Below are positions 1 to 14,076 of a stretch of 64,000 nt of DNA, one piece after another (the first letter of the stretch is position 1; the number at the start of each line of letters is the position of its first letter). The notes beneath the pieces are model-generated. The model did no database searches. It was not told the DNA's origin and saw only the letters and a list, made by a program, of their open reading frames with translations. Position numbers and translations under genes: made by a program. Origin of the DNA: Lepidodermella squamata (lineage: Eukaryota; Animalia; Gastrotricha); NCBI GenBank assembly GCA_047495785.1, contig JBLDXI010000009.1:620001-684000 (forward strand). Reading direction: 5' to 3'.

Positions 1-187
1 CATCACTTCAAAACGATTCTCACGCAGTGTTTTCAGCTTGTTATCGCTTGTTTAGTACCGTAATATTGAGAGGACACACTCAACGGAGGAGTAGGATTTT
101 TTCAAGCTCAGAAAGCTTTTACCAGACTAAAACCGTTTGAACACGATATTGGCCCAATAACTTCTACTATCAATTGCATTTGAACAG

Positions 188-1300
188 AAAGTAGTGCCGA
201 CTCGAATTCTGACGACGAAAGTGGAAGCTCAGATGACGATAGCAATTTGTCGACAACTGACGACAGCGACGATGACAGCGACGACAATGAACAGGCGAAC
301 GGATGGCCGCTTGGTTCTGATACTGAAATTGAAGAAAACGACATACCCGAGCGGCATGAGTTTGAGCATGATGTGCATTCAACAGAGCCGATTTGCCGAC
401 ATTGCGTGCCGGCCGAGGGTGCAACAACCAACGGCAAAGGGAAAAAGAACAAGCCGCCAGCAGCTGCCGATGCAGCTTCTGCCTCAGGCGAGCCGCGTTT
501 TGTGTGCTCAGACCCGACTCAACACGTTTTGTGCAATTGCTGTGATAGTCCGATGCCGGATCGGCGTATTGACAGGTCAGCTCCGCCTCAAACCTGCTTG
601 ATCTGCTCGCTCGAATTCTGCAATATGTACTGGCCTTCCGGGTGTCAAAACGGCCAGTGCTCCCCGGGTTGTTTGAAGCTGCTCCGTGATATCGATCTAC
701 ATACCTTACTTGAGGAAAATCTCGCCTCAGCCCCGGGTGATTCATCTGTCGCTATTCTCCTATTCGGCAATGTTCACGAAACGAACCAGCTTCGGTCTTA
801 CCTCCAGCGACAGGGAATCTCGGCGAATCAACTGAGAGATATCCTGCTTGACGGGCTGCAATCAGGAAAATACACGACAAAAGCAAAAACTCTGATCGGT
901 CAGCGCCCTGATCGAAGTACCCCAGTCTGCGGCTATTGTCGCGTCAACATTGTGCAAGGTATTCACCGCTTAAGTATAATTGAAAAAACTTGGGGTAACA
1001 TTTTATTTAAATTGGACAGATTTGCTTTTTGCTTATCGGATGGAAACTCGTGATCCTGTGTCAGACCATCGCCCTAACTGCCCGCATGGGCGCTACTGCG
1101 TCTCGCAGAGCCAGGACTCGACTCACGCGACTGTCGTAAACCACATTTGCGAACCGACGCCACCCGGCATTGTGATTGACGCGCAAACTTTCGAATATTC
1201 GACAATCAAGCTGTCGGCGGAGAGCAGCAGTAACAACATCAATAACTCGGCTCAAAAGAGCAACAACCGGGAACACGGGAGCTATATGGACCTCGACTGA
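188..1300 (+). CDS. CHFR: E3 ubiquitin ligase CHFR, 3' part (Cys-rich domain + PBZ zinc finger); 5' exons unresolved or outside window
   Basis: Exon 188-958, intron 959-1019 (GT..AG), exon 1020-1300. HVLCNCCDSPMPDRR..PQTCLICSLEFCNMYW..C matches the CHFR Cys-rich region; RPNCPHGRYCVSQ..HATVVNHICEPT matches the CHFR PBZ (RPDCYWGRNCRTQ..HAMKFNHICEQT). Confidence 0.88.
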
Positions 1301-1821
1301 GAGACCTCATAAATGCATCATCTCACTGATTATGGTGATATATAAAACTGTGGTAGTTTGATTATTTGAACTCTGGTGAAAGCTCCTAAACTTATTCTTC
1401 CAAGTTAAATACTATAAAAAAATGGTGAATTTCTCAGCTTATTGGCATATAAATTCGGTGAACGCACTATTTTTTAGCCTCACTGCTTGGTTCAATGTGG
1501 GCGAACCCCGCATATAATTTCTATTCAACAACTCCAAAGCAATCAAATCGGTTATACCTGTCATTTTGCTATGGTTTCCAGCTTGCTTCAGAATTATTAC
1601 CTATTCGAGTGCAGAAAATAAAAAGAGCAGTTTGAACCGTGTTTGTTTTTATTTTGTCACGATAGTTGACTGGATGACAGTTTCCTCCGCGAGTACTCTT
1701 TCACAATCAATAAAAATTAAATCCGATGAGATGTTGCTAGTGTCTATAAATATAATTATTTCATCCCGAAATTTCAGAGAAAGGAGCAATTTCATTAGTG
1801 AGTCTGAAGAAATCAGTAATT

Positions 1822-4800
1822 TTAGTCGGGGTTGCCCTTGCCCCACAAGCCCGTGTAAGGCGGCGGAAGTGGCGGGGCCTTGGAAGCGTTGTCTTCTTGA
1901 GCAGAGGACTCCAGGGAATCTACCGTGTGCACCTGCGTCGCGTCTTGCCGCCGCAAATGCATGAGCGAGCGCGCCTGGCCACGAGACGACCGCGGGGGTT
2001 CCATTAAGCATTCGCTGCTACTCGTCAGCGCCGTTTCGGGTGGCGTCAACCGCAATTGAGCGTGCTTGCCAGGCATCACTTGAAGGTGGCTTTGCCGAAC
2101 AGCTAGAGCCGCTGCCTGTTGATCACCCTGTATACAATCCCACCGGCTCCAGTCACTCGACGATATTCCTTCATCTAAACCAAGTTTTACCTGCGGAAAA
2201 AGATAAGAAAAATAAAGCATGATAATCTCCGGAAACCATTCTTACCGCTCGAGTCAATCGAACGGAGACCAATCGATCAGCAGCTGGGTCCGACATGAAA
2301 AGAGCACATGGTCGAGAGGGAACATTTGGAGGTGGTTGTTGTTGATGATGCCCCAGACCAGCTGCTGGCGAGAAGGCGGATCTATGGTGCCGAGAGCTTT
2401 TTTCATCGCCACCCGCAGAGACGAGCAGGCCATCTTCGGTGTATGTCGCCATAGGCCGGGCAGAGTCGTCGACTGGTGCACGACAGCCGGGCACATTGCA
2501 CCACTGGCTCGATTGAGACGGCGGCAGCGGTTCATGTGGCTGGCGAATCAAATCTCCGAAAGATCGCGACGTCCATAACGGTTGCGATAACTGAGGGACC
2601 GGGTCTTCTTTGTCAGAATTAGCCGCAGATTTTTGATGCGAACGATGGTGGTGTTTCAGGGCAGATGGCGGCTTCGAAGGGCCGCGCATTTGCTGCTGAA
2701 GCCGCCGAGGACAGCTAGCGCTCGTGCACTCAGCCACGGCTGATTTGTCGGTGGCCATGAGAAAAGCTTCGTGCAACACATCGTCTGGACCCCCTAGTGG
2801 CACCGGGCCCCGAGGCACGAACAAAACCCGCCGCTGAGGCGATTGCTTCTTATTTCCACCGGTCGAGGCTTTATTGCTCGATTTATCCTTGCTACTAGCA
2901 AGGTTTTTGAAAGAGCCGCTGGAAGCAGCAGGCAGCGATTCAACGGCTAAGAGTTCGAACTGCCGGCCACTCTGCTTCGAGTTTTGGCAGTGGCGCGGCG
3001 CGACACGAGGCGAGGCGTCCGATGCACTCGACACCTCGTGGTCTCCGTGGCAGTGTCGCGCCTCTTTTTTCATCAGCGACAAGCGAGCCACAGGTTTCGG
3101 GGGTGTCGGCGCTGTCTGGGGAGGTGGCGGTGGCCAATTCGACGGCAGTGTCTATAGTTAATCATCAAAATAATGTTACAATAAACGAAGTAGAGATAAT
3201 TTTACCTGGTAAATGGAACAATCACATTCCGAACATTCATCAGCTGCGCCATCTGAAAGCCGTCGTCTTGGGACATAATTCGGTAAATTGGCGTAGAACG
3301 AAGGGCCAGCAGTTTCTGTGTCAGCGGCTCTGTCCAGTTCTTTACAGCTCTGGGTCGATACAAGAGTAGTGGCGGATGTTGGCTGCCAGCCGCTTACAAC
3401 TAGGACTTGCTGTCGTTTGTTGTTCGATGACGAGTCGCCAACTTCGAGACTATCGCCCAAAAGCTGGCATTGGTCGGTGACGTAAATCTCGCGGTGGCGG
3501 TGCGAGAAGGATGGCTGCGAGTCTGTAAGGTCAGGTGTTGAATTTATCTTACTGTAGCTACGATGATGCTGGCAAGCGGGCAACGCATCTTGCAGGCACA
3601 CGGCATTGACATGGTTGCAGTGGCAACGATGGTGTTCAAGGCAGCACCCAGCTGTCAATATGTATTAGTTTTTGCACAGTCGGAATTTTCAGTAAAAAAA
3701 CACCAAGCATTTTGCATATTGCATAGCCCCGGCCTTCTTATCATCAGGCGCAAAAAACCGGGATTATTAACTTCCAATTTATGACATCTGAGTGCTTTGC
3801 CCGCTCATCATGCAAGAGTGTGAGAACGATATAGCGGTAATACAGCGGGAGAATACTAATTTACAAATTGTGTGAAGTTCTGAGACTTAAAGCATGCTAG
3901 ATACGGTTGAGGTTAGTTACGACCAAGAAATACACGTTGGGGCAGGTTACGGGGCTATACATTATACTGCCAAGGCAATGCTTGTTACTATGATAGGGAA
4001 ATAAGAACAATACCAGGGCCGGTTGGATGTTGAATGACGATTGTCGACGAAGTTGGAAGTCGAAGGACGCCGCTTGTGCTGTTAACCGGTTGCTGGCGCC
4101 TTTGCTGATGGTGACCCGAGGTAACTCCACTTAGCGAATCAGCCAAGCTCGGCTGAGGCGTCGGCGGGGCACGGGCTAACCGAGGTGTTCCAATAGGACT
4201 GATATCCCTCGATTGTTGTTGAGCTCTCTGTTGTTGCTGTTGTTGCTGCTGCTGATACATTTGCTGTTGCGATTGCTGCTGTTGAAGTTGCTGGTGAGAC
4301 GAAGGTGCTGGCGAAATTGCAATGGGAGGGTCGTCCGACGGCATCGCTACAGCCCAGCCGATATTTTGTGCGACAGGACGCCGTTGTTGATGGTCAAATG
4401 CGACTTGTTGATGAGCATTTTGATTAGATTTAAATGAAGGAGCTCGATACACCTGCTGACCACTGGCCTCGATGTTTTCCTAAAAACAGGAAAATAACAG
4501 AAATTATGAATAACAAAAGCAGTAAGATCTTATTCGCTTTTTGTTGTACTTTTTTAATTCCACTGGAGGACGTAAAATAAATCATTTCATTTGTGGTCAT
4601 TTCATTCATTTGTAAGATCTTATTCAAATTATTAAAAAAATGCATACATTTTGTTGATCTGAAAGCAATGGCTGGTAAGGCTTGTTCGCCGAATCCACTA
4701 TAATAGGCGCAGCATTTGTAGAACGAACACTACCATTGCGCGAAGGATGCTTCTTTTTCAGTTTCTTTGGCGAGGGCAGCTTGACGGCTAAATATCCACG

Positions 4801-7366
4801 GATGCAAAGCATCAAGCCCATAAATAGTAAACCACCGCCTGTACCCATCAGGCTGGTGCTGATTGGGACGAAGATCCGCGCGTCTATGAATCGGCCTTGG
4901 AGAAAAAGTACGAGACCTCCGAAGAGCATGGCGGCGCCTAGCCAAACGACAACGCATATACAGATTCGAGGAGCTAACCAGTAAGAACTGCTACTACAGC
5001 CGCAGCTTGTATCCCAACACCGACGAAGGCACGATCCTGACGGGTTGTTCACCGGGTCGCCAGGTACGTCGATGTCATCGTCGTCCGAAATTGCTGTCAC
5101 GCTCTGCTGCATTGTCACGCCACGGTTCGAACCCGTCGGGGTGTTGGGAGGCCGGATGTCCGCATTTTCAGGAGCTGGTTGCTTGTTCTGCCTTAGCGAA
5201 GAAGTTCGCTGAAGCGTGCTTGGATTGCTCTGGTTGCCTGGTTGGTCTCCGTGCGCGCTGCTGCGTGACGTGGCTAACGGCGACTTGATTTGGGCAGATT
5301 CACTCGTTGGTTCGTTATTGTTATTGCTACTGTTTCTGTGACTGTTCAATTCGGTCACTGTGATCATAGAATTGCGATTGCTGCTGCTATCTGCCGGTGT
5401 TGTAGCCGGCGAGGACGATATTGCCAGCTGCCGGCTATTTTCAGTGCTTGAAAGCAGCGCTAAATTCGTAACAAAAAATCAAAGATACAAAATTTGATAT
5501 ATATCGATGCAAGGAAAGACATTTCCAACAGGGATCCGATCTTCAATTGGGTTTGCTCAGGATATTATTATAAAATGGAACAAGGCAACTATAAGGTTGT
5601 CGGTTATCAGGATTTCGGGAACGACTTCATGTAATGAAAATTCCTTACAGCCCATGTCGGAGATGAAGTTCATAAAATAAATTAAACTGAATATCTATGG
5701 ATCGAGCAATTTGAAAACAGGATGAGAAGGGTTGAAGATTTTCAGCAATTATGACTAGGTATCAAGTGCATATCAATAAATCGCGGTGGCCACTACTGGG
5801 TTAGTAAATGTAACCTAATTATGCCGGCAAATAACATTCGTTTTCGAGCCTGTGATTACTTATATTGCGGCTATTCTGGGCACCCTGTGGCAAGTAGTAC
5901 GTATGTACCTTGTCGTTCGAACATCTCGTTTTGCTTCTTGCGTTTGGCGAACGATAGCCACAGCGGATCGTTTAGTGGTTGCGCGGCCGCACTGCTACTG
6001 GCATTGCTGGGCGCGCCGGCGGTCTCCGAAGAAGAGGAATACACCGAAGATGCATTAGCAAAGCGATCGCGATTCAACGCCGCACTTGCGCTGCTTTTGT
6101 TGCCGCTGTTGCTCGATTGATTTAGGTGTTGCCGATTGCTGGCAGCCGACGTCAGATGCGAGCTGCTAGTTGACAGCGTAGTTGCTACAGCCGGCTGTTT
6201 TTGCATATCTGGCGCTGGCTCGCCGCACAATGCTTTCACGAGCTCTTCGTCGGCCGCATCCTCATCGCCGGCACTGCTGTTGTTATACTGCTGATAACAG
6301 GTATCGCCAGCCAGGGCCATATTTTGATCGTATTTATTGTTGTTGCGCTCGCCATTTTTTAACATTGCTGGTTGTTGCTGATGGGGGAAATCGGAGCAAG
6401 ACGAGCTCGATACAACGCCAGCCGCTGATGTTGATACATCCGTGTTAATATCATGCGTACACGTGCAAGACGATGAATTGGCGGCGTTAGCATAGCAACT
6501 GCTATTATTGTTCGCCGATTGCTCTTCGGGCGATGTTAACAAATTCTGCTCGTACCATCCGACATGCTTCATAACCACTGCATGATGCGCACCTTCGCCT
6601 CCACGCGCTCGCAAACTATCGCTGTTGTTGCTATTATTATTATTGTTGTTGTTGCCGCTGTTGTTGATGTTGCGATAACTCTCGCCAGCACTGAATCGCT
6701 GCTGTCGATCGGCAGTGTTGTTGTTCGAATCAGTGCCACTGCTTCGCTGATACAACATAGGCTCGGGCTCGCTGCCGGTCGAATTCGGCGAGCCAAGCAT
6801 CATCATTATCTGCAATAAACACGCGTATCAATTTTGTTCAACTAAAAGTTTTGACTACATACCGCCAACAAATCGGCACTGCTTGATGTGCTCGATGAGC
6901 AGCCGTACAGGTTTTCGTAGGCTGCCGCTGCGGTTAACTGAAGCGACGACGAGGCCGATGAAGCTGCTGAATGCGCGGGCTGTTTATTGATGCTATCCGC
7001 AGTGTCGACCACTAGCGGCCGCTGATGGTTGTGTTGCTGGCTGTGTTGCTGATGGTAGTAAGCCTGGTAGGCCGGTGGAATCGTTGGATGTTGCGGCAGT
7101 GGTGGCGGCGGGTGCGGCGCCGCGTTGTGGCGCTGTTGTGCGCTATCCGAAGGCTGCCTGTTTACCGGTGCCACGGGTTTTTTGGCCGGCTGAGCAGCAA
7201 GGCTACTTGCTTTGTAGCCAGCAGACGCGTGGTGGGCTGATGAAGAGCCAGAAGTTTGGGTGGTGTAGTTACATCGCGGTTTCAAGCCATGATGCACCCG
7301 TCTACCCGGCGCCTGGTGTTGCTGATGCTCGTTGCCGCTGCTGACGGTGGAGGGTCGGCGAAACAT
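1822..7366 (-). CDS. Uncharacterised ~1467-aa low-complexity (S/Q/N/P/H-rich) protein with a central two-helix TM hairpin; 7 exons
   Basis: Exons 7366-6863, 6809-5909, 5459-4648, 4479-4014, 3651-3206, 3151-2246, 2190-1822; all six introns GT-AG and phase-consistent (4404 nt total), joining seven separate ORFs of the track. TM pair ICICVVVWLGAAMLFGGLVLFL / IFVPISTSLMGTGGGLLFMGLMLCI. True start may be further upstream. Confidence 0.75.
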
Positions 7367-10300
7367 AGCGTCACCGTTCCAGAAATAAGTAGCTAACGGC
7401 TGCGTTCAGACATAAGTAGTGTAGGAACTATTTATTTTCTTTAACGCGAGAGCAAGTCCCAAAAAACAGCAAATACAGCCGCTGGCACTCGAAAAACGAT
7501 AACCATATCGGTGTCTCAATTTGAACCCAATGTAATCGAAGCAGCAGTAGATCACTATACGGATTGCCGGACAATCAAGAACATATAACGTTGCATCGTA
7601 AAAATAAAATATCGGAAACAATAGAAAAATCTAAATTGGCACAAAAATAAATGAAAGATACAAAAAAGTGAGGTTCTCTCGGCAGGAAATTAAGAAGCTA
7701 ACTCTCTTTCAAGAGAAGATATCTTGATTCAGCTTTCATCCTCGCCAAAATTTCAGTCCATTCCAGAAGAACACATGAATGTCAATGATATGAAAAATGA
7801 ATTGTCGCTACCTGTGTGTTAGAAAACGAAGCCCCTGGTGAAAAGACATGCATTTTGCAATAAATTTGCGATGCTCTTTTTGCGCCAGCTTAAAACGTCA
7901 GCATACTTTGAAAGAAATAGCCAGCGCCGTGGTCAATGATGTAGTAGCCGCCAAGTGATAAACAAAATTGAATCTGAGCATAGAAACAATTTGCTTCTAC
8001 CTAATTCTGTATGGGAGTATAGGTCAATGTCTGTCCGAGCCGGCGATAATTGGTAGTTTGCCTGTGATAATCTATCGGGAGTACTTTTTCGTGTGAAAAG
8101 CAGTCGTGTAGGTACAAACGCGAGCTATTCTTGAAGCTCAATTGGAGCTGAATGATATTCATGACATTGAAAAATTGCGCGCTAAACAGCAATCAGCTAA
8201 GCATGGGAGGCGAAATATGCTAATGGATATTACCACGTGTCATAGAGAACGAGACAAGAGAAGGACACGAATGTGATGAATCGGAAATTGTATTGCGCAG
8301 CGCAAGTTGGAAATACAATTATGGATACGTAGCCTGGTATATTGTCTTTAATGTAAAACGATTGTGACATTCTGAAATTTTTTGTCCTCCCATTAAAATA
8401 CAAACCGCGCGGTTGGCACACTTTATTTAGCTTATTTTGCGGCTAATATATCCACGCAGCGCCATTGGTATACCAGGCATAATTCGATGTAATTCCAGTG
8501 CAATTGGGATAATGCTATATGATTGCTACTTATTCTGATAATAAGCTTATGAGATGTTCATCTGTGCGGCGCAAAATTCTTCCGCTAGCGATGCGCCATA
8601 TTCGAGCGCCACCACAGCTCCTGCTGCCAACAAAACAACAATGGAACAAACAACATGACAATGATATTATTAGAAATATTATTACTATGATGAGGTTGTT
8701 CTTGTTAGAAAAGAGCCTCTCGTGGGACTTTACTTTTGAGCGCAAAAATAATAACGATGATATATTCCATGACAGCGAAATGTCACTAGGATAATTTTTC
8801 TATTATTATAATATTATTTCCCATATAAAGATCGCCAATAATTTTATTTACAGAATGCAAACACGCAGCTATTCGATACGTACTGTAATTAAGGCTGCTT
8901 GTCGGGCGAAAACGATGAGCAGGCGTTCCCATCATCTTGTCCGCGACAGGCTACTGCGGGGCCACAAGCATGGCGCATAAGAGCATAACGCCGGCTAACA
9001 ACACATCATCATGCCAGGCGCCATAATTTTTTAGCTGCATCAAGTGTGTTCCCATATACGCGCTGATGACATCACTAATAAAAATATATCGGCAGAGTCT
9101 TTTCGGCAATTACCACTGCGGAAGATATATGGCCCGCAGCTCATCTCCTAGTATCCAAGTTCCATTTGGAAAAACATAATAACAACAGACTCTATGGAAT
9201 CCAGAAATTATCGAGTGATTGCGAGTCTTATCAGCAAAGGCATTTGTGTACTACATGGGTTATTATCCATAAGCTTTTTTCGTTCGTGAAACTTGTAATA
9301 TAAAAACCTAATATGGACGAAAAAGACGAGTAATGTCTTTGATTGATGAGGGCGAAAAAAACCGTACGCGATTAATAGCACTCCGATATCGATTAGATTT
9401 TCTTCGAACAACCGTCATGTGTTTATTCCCGCAGAAATGTCAAATTTACGATAGCTCAAAGCCCCAAAAATACTTTCGTTGTTTACCGAATGCAAAGTCG
9501 AATTATCGATCCCGTTATAATTTGTTGAGTAGGTAATAAGTGCAGGTTGGCCCCACATTTCAGGCAAGGTAAAAGACCAAGGAGCAGCAAATTGCCTGCT
9601 AAACTATCCTCAACTCATCCCAGTGATGAACACGCTACTTTAATATTTGCGCCGCCAAATTTGGGTTCCCGCGCTCTGGATTGCTTCCTTTATATAACAA
9701 TGAATTGTTTCGACTTGATTCTGCCCCGATCTATAATCATGACCCAAGACAGATTTTTCAACCTTGTCACTCCTATAGAGCAACCTTGGTAGATCAGTTA
9801 GCGTGGGTTTGGCTGCAAACGCGTACCGAGAAGACCAAATCCTCTGGCAGGTTTCAAAGGTGTTGGCTAATCGACCGAGTGATATAAGCAGGACAAGCAG
9901 TTGAGTGACTAAAGGTTTTAGGTCGACCAAAATCCCGATTTACTGCTCCTTCGAGGGCGCCCTTGTCTAATATTAGACCAAATAGCTTTTCGTTATCGCG
10001 TATTGTCAGCTTTCCTCTTTCAGTCTTTGTCGCCACCGTTTTTTCCTTAAACCACATACCACATCGAAAGCGTGCGTGCATCAAAATCATACGTTAATAT
10101 TTAGCATTATTTTCAGAAAAGTACCCAACCAGCGATAGAAATCCCGTCAAATACAGGGTCTGGCAGAAGTTTGGAATTATGTTTTCTCAAGAGACTTTGA
10201 TATGGCGACAAACGGCTCCGCTATGTCATGGCGAGTCCGCCGTGGAAAAGCGCACCCTTGTGGGCCTCACCAATCCCAAGTTAAGCCGTTTCAAATAATT

Positions 10301-11267
10301 TCAATTTCCCTGGACAGCTCGCAAGTCGATAGGGATGGGTGGGACATGATCGATCTCTTGAAAATTGGGTGTGGGGATTGTGCAACCCTTCGGAAATCCC
10401 ATCCCACTTGCGCCGGCAACATGGCCCAACTATTGGCAATCAAGGGAGCGTCTAACGTCTAACAAGTAAATACCAAATTCAAAATCAATAGCTAGATTGT
10501 CCCTTGAAAGCTTGTAAACTGTAAGCTGTCAGCTGGGAAATAGGTGAATTCTTATTTTTCCAAACAAATGTCTCCATATTTCCTATATTAGTCCACGGAC
10601 TTGAAAGTATTACCAGGGTCAGCCAAAATGCTCAGCATGAAGATTTGCTAGAGGGTAAATCTGCCCAACGTACCTTCTGAATTGAAAAAGCTCGCCATGC
10701 ATACCAATGAAATTTAGTTCGATCCTTCATGAACAAGCTAACGGTCGATCGGTTGTCGGTTTTGAGGTTCCAGGGCGCGACCTGAGTGCTAGTGTCTATG
10801 GTTGCATCGTTATTATATGGCTTTGAGCTTCTTCGTTTGCCTCAATATCTTCATTTATTTCCCGATATCCGTTTTTATATTATTATTATTTTCATTATTT
10901 ACACTTATAGTTACACATAAAATGCTGAAACTAAAACATAAGTGACAACAGTTTGATATTTGGCAATAGTACAATTCAAGTACACAATTTATTAAGATCT
11001 AAAGCTGGAAGATCCATCACGTTGAGATTAAACTAGGTAGTACTTTCGACGAGAGTAAAAAGCCATCATGATCGCCACAGATTTCTTGTTGAAGTGTTGT
11101 CAAATGAATCATGGAGACAATCACATGTCATGTGTACATAATTTTATCGGTTTCCCGCCTTTCAATAATGCTTGACGACTGAGTTTTCAACGGGGAAAAG
11201 GTTACATAGTAGTTCTGATATGCTCACACGTAGAACCTTAGCGGCGGCGAAATCGACATCTATGAGT

Positions 11268-11832
11268 TCATGAACGGTTGGCGAGGTATAACGCAAATGA
11301 GGTTAAGGTGAACAGCGTAAACCGGCTTGAAATTTCTGTAGCAGGCAGAGCGGAGTTGCAAGAATCTGTTGTACAGCTGCACGAAGTCGTTTTTGAATTG
11401 GCGCCAAGAGCGCGCTTGCATTCGTTGTTAAAGTTGACGCTCCCGCAAAATCGCGAAATTGCTACATAGCTTTGAATATTACATACGTTAGTTAGACAAT
11501 GTGAGGCAAGGCTGGAAAATTAAAATTTACCTCTCTGAAAGCTCATTATCTCCTGATTCGATAAAGTAAAGGATAGTTTCCTGCTTATGGCAGCTCGTTC
11601 CGTGAGGGCAGCGTGTTGCGTTGAGCTTGTGTTTTACTGGGTCGAAGCATGGGTCTTGGCGAAGGTCTTTGAGATATTGTTTAGACATGTCTCGCATTGA
11701 CTCACACTCGTAGCATTCAAGTACGTGTCCAAACGATTGACTAGTAAAGAAAATGGCCAGTGTAGCTAGCAGAACCAGCATATGAGTCTGGGAAAATCCT
11801 GGCACAAAGCCTGTTGTGAACTTTAAACCCAT
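11268..11832 (-). CDS. Ly6/uPAR three-finger protein, quiver/sleepless-like, GPI-anchored (copy A)
   Basis: Two exons (11832-~11531, 11469-11268). Signal peptide, LECYEC start, 10 Cys ending CSCTTDSCN, hydrophobic GPI-type tail (SRFTLFTLTSFALYLANRS*). Confidence 0.85.
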
Positions 11833-13942
11833 CTATAAAAACATGTGATGTGTAATGCCTGGAGTTATAGTACAATATATTGAGCCGAGGTCACTATATT
11901 CAAGGTGTTCATTAAATAGATGGGGCGCCACAAATACATCATTCAAGCTTTTTCAGTCGTTCGATTATTCTCGCCATAGCATCACAGGGGAAGGCATGGT
12001 TGAGTAAACAATTACAGTGTATTGAATATGGCTGTATCCTTTGGCTTTATACCGTAGGTCTGAATATTATGGAAAATAATATCGGACAGAACGTGAGCGC
12101 ATTTCTCGCTAAATGGCGCAATTTTATCAGGTGGACGATATTCTAGGTGGACGCGTGAGCATGTGTGGCGAAATTTTTACGCTAAATGATATGTCCTAAT
12201 CAATACCGCAATAAGCTAAATAAAAGAACCAAGCTTCATTGCGAATTCACAGCCGGTCAAATCGGAGAGAACCGAACCATTCTATAGGGGTTATATCTCC
12301 ACATACGCTAATACAATATCTAGAAGAAATACAGCGCCGATACGATATTATAGGAGGATATTACGGATTAACAATAACACAACGGCTATGTTTATCACAG
12401 GAGATTGGCGATTGGCCTATACATAGAAAAGTGTACGTACCTATCTATCCATCTGCATGCCCGCTCGATGCTATAAAGCCTAGGCTCTATCGGCGTAAAA
12501 AATCATCAAAGACCTACGAACCCCAGTCTCCCATATAAGAGATGCCTCAAGTATATAACTACATCCACACAGCAGCGTGATATAAGCACCACCTTATTTT
12601 CTTCTCCCTCCCTCCGAGACGAATTACGTGAAGGTGGAAATATATAATGGATTGAGTCGAAAAAAGCGTTATAATACAGCAGCACTGATACTTAACAGCT
12701 GTGAAAGACTTACGCAGGTAAAAGTGGCAAAATCGATACTCAAATTTGGTGTTTGCGTTAGAATGAAAGCAAAAGTCACAGGCGAGCCCGCAAAAGACGG
12801 TTGCTCTATTGTTGTCAGAAACGCTAATTTTCTATTTCAAGTCGAGAACCTTACGACCATATTCATTGGTATATATGGACAGGTTGTCAGCATATTTTGA
12901 TCGCTTTACGATAACCAAAACTATTATTGTTATAAAACTTCACGAAGCACTAAAAGAAGTATATTTTAATGAACAATTCTTTATACTTGATGGATTCTTT
13001 CCCCAGCCCTAATATATAAATACAATGTTCGCACGTCAGGACATACAGCAGCCCGCGACGCGTCTGCCTTCGGGTATAAAATGCATAGAAAAGAGCCGTT
13101 GTACAGCACATTGAGAAAGTGCCGCATTCACACAGAGCGGCTCCCGCTATAGTCAATGTGCCTCAAATTTTCTACCCAGCAAAAAATTTAATTTCCAAAT
13201 ACTTATATCTTCATGTCGACCACTCCCGGCTATTTACTGTGTTATTATTATGATGAGACTAACCCTATTACGTCGTCAAGAAACGCAGAAAAAAAACAGT
13301 TTTTGAAAATACGCGTCAGTATATAAATAAAGAGATATACAAAAGCAAGCTCATTTTTCTCGTTTATTCCGCTTACATTTATATATACAGAATTTAAATA
13401 TTACATTACATAAAATAGTGAAGTCATACAGCAAATGCACAGTTTTACATCATCACCATCTGCTGTTTGGTAGTTTTGCGCCGTGATCAAAGCCGATATA
13501 AAGCGGCTATACAGCTTTAATTCAGAATAAGTATATGAGACATCACTATATATACATTTATAGAACAAATGTCTCGCAAGTTTCACGGTCGAGTGGCTTG
13601 TGAAACAACTCGTACGATCATGTCAAGTTTCACAAATCTTTTCACAAATTACACGGCTTGTGAAGCATCATGGAGGCAGAAATTCATATAAAGAATAGTG
13701 GCAGTTTTTTCGTTCAATAATATTATAAGTATAGTTATCCAATTTGATGGAGCTTTAGCAAAAAATATTTTTGAATAGCACTTAGATCCACAATCCACAA
13801 TCTTGATGGCACTGGCTTATTTTTCGACTTTATCTATTGGGCTGAGCTTATCCAAATACTGATTTTTAATCTGATACAACTTTCAACTGGAAAGGCAACT
13901 TCAAGATTACTTCTGGCTTGAAATTATAAAATCTAGTGCAAG

Positions 13943-14037
13943 CATCGCTGCGTAACGTTCCATTCTTATCAATTCATTTTTTTCATTTCAATTAACTTCA
14001 GAAAAATAGGATAGAATGGAGCGTTACGCAGTGATAC
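13943..14037. repeat. Inverted repeat (~28-bp arms, ~40-nt loop) just downstream of Ly6 copy B stop
   Basis: catcgctgcgtaacgttccattcttatc (13943-13970) pairs with gatagaatggagcgttacgcagtgatac (14010-14037) with few mismatches. Confidence 0.75.
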
Positions 14038-14076
14038 AGTACGCAGAGGCTAGGTACAGATAGCGAACAGCGTTCT

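Noticed and set aside
1566-7344. Many plus-strand Leu/Val-rich ORFs
   Set aside because: Antisense shadows of CAG/CAA/AAC-rich exons of the minus-strand gene.
7400-10460. Short ORFs with hydrophobic stretches (e.g. 8530-8745, 9640-9930) suggesting a membrane protein
   Set aside because: No phase-consistent exon chain or recognisable domain; stops in all frames.
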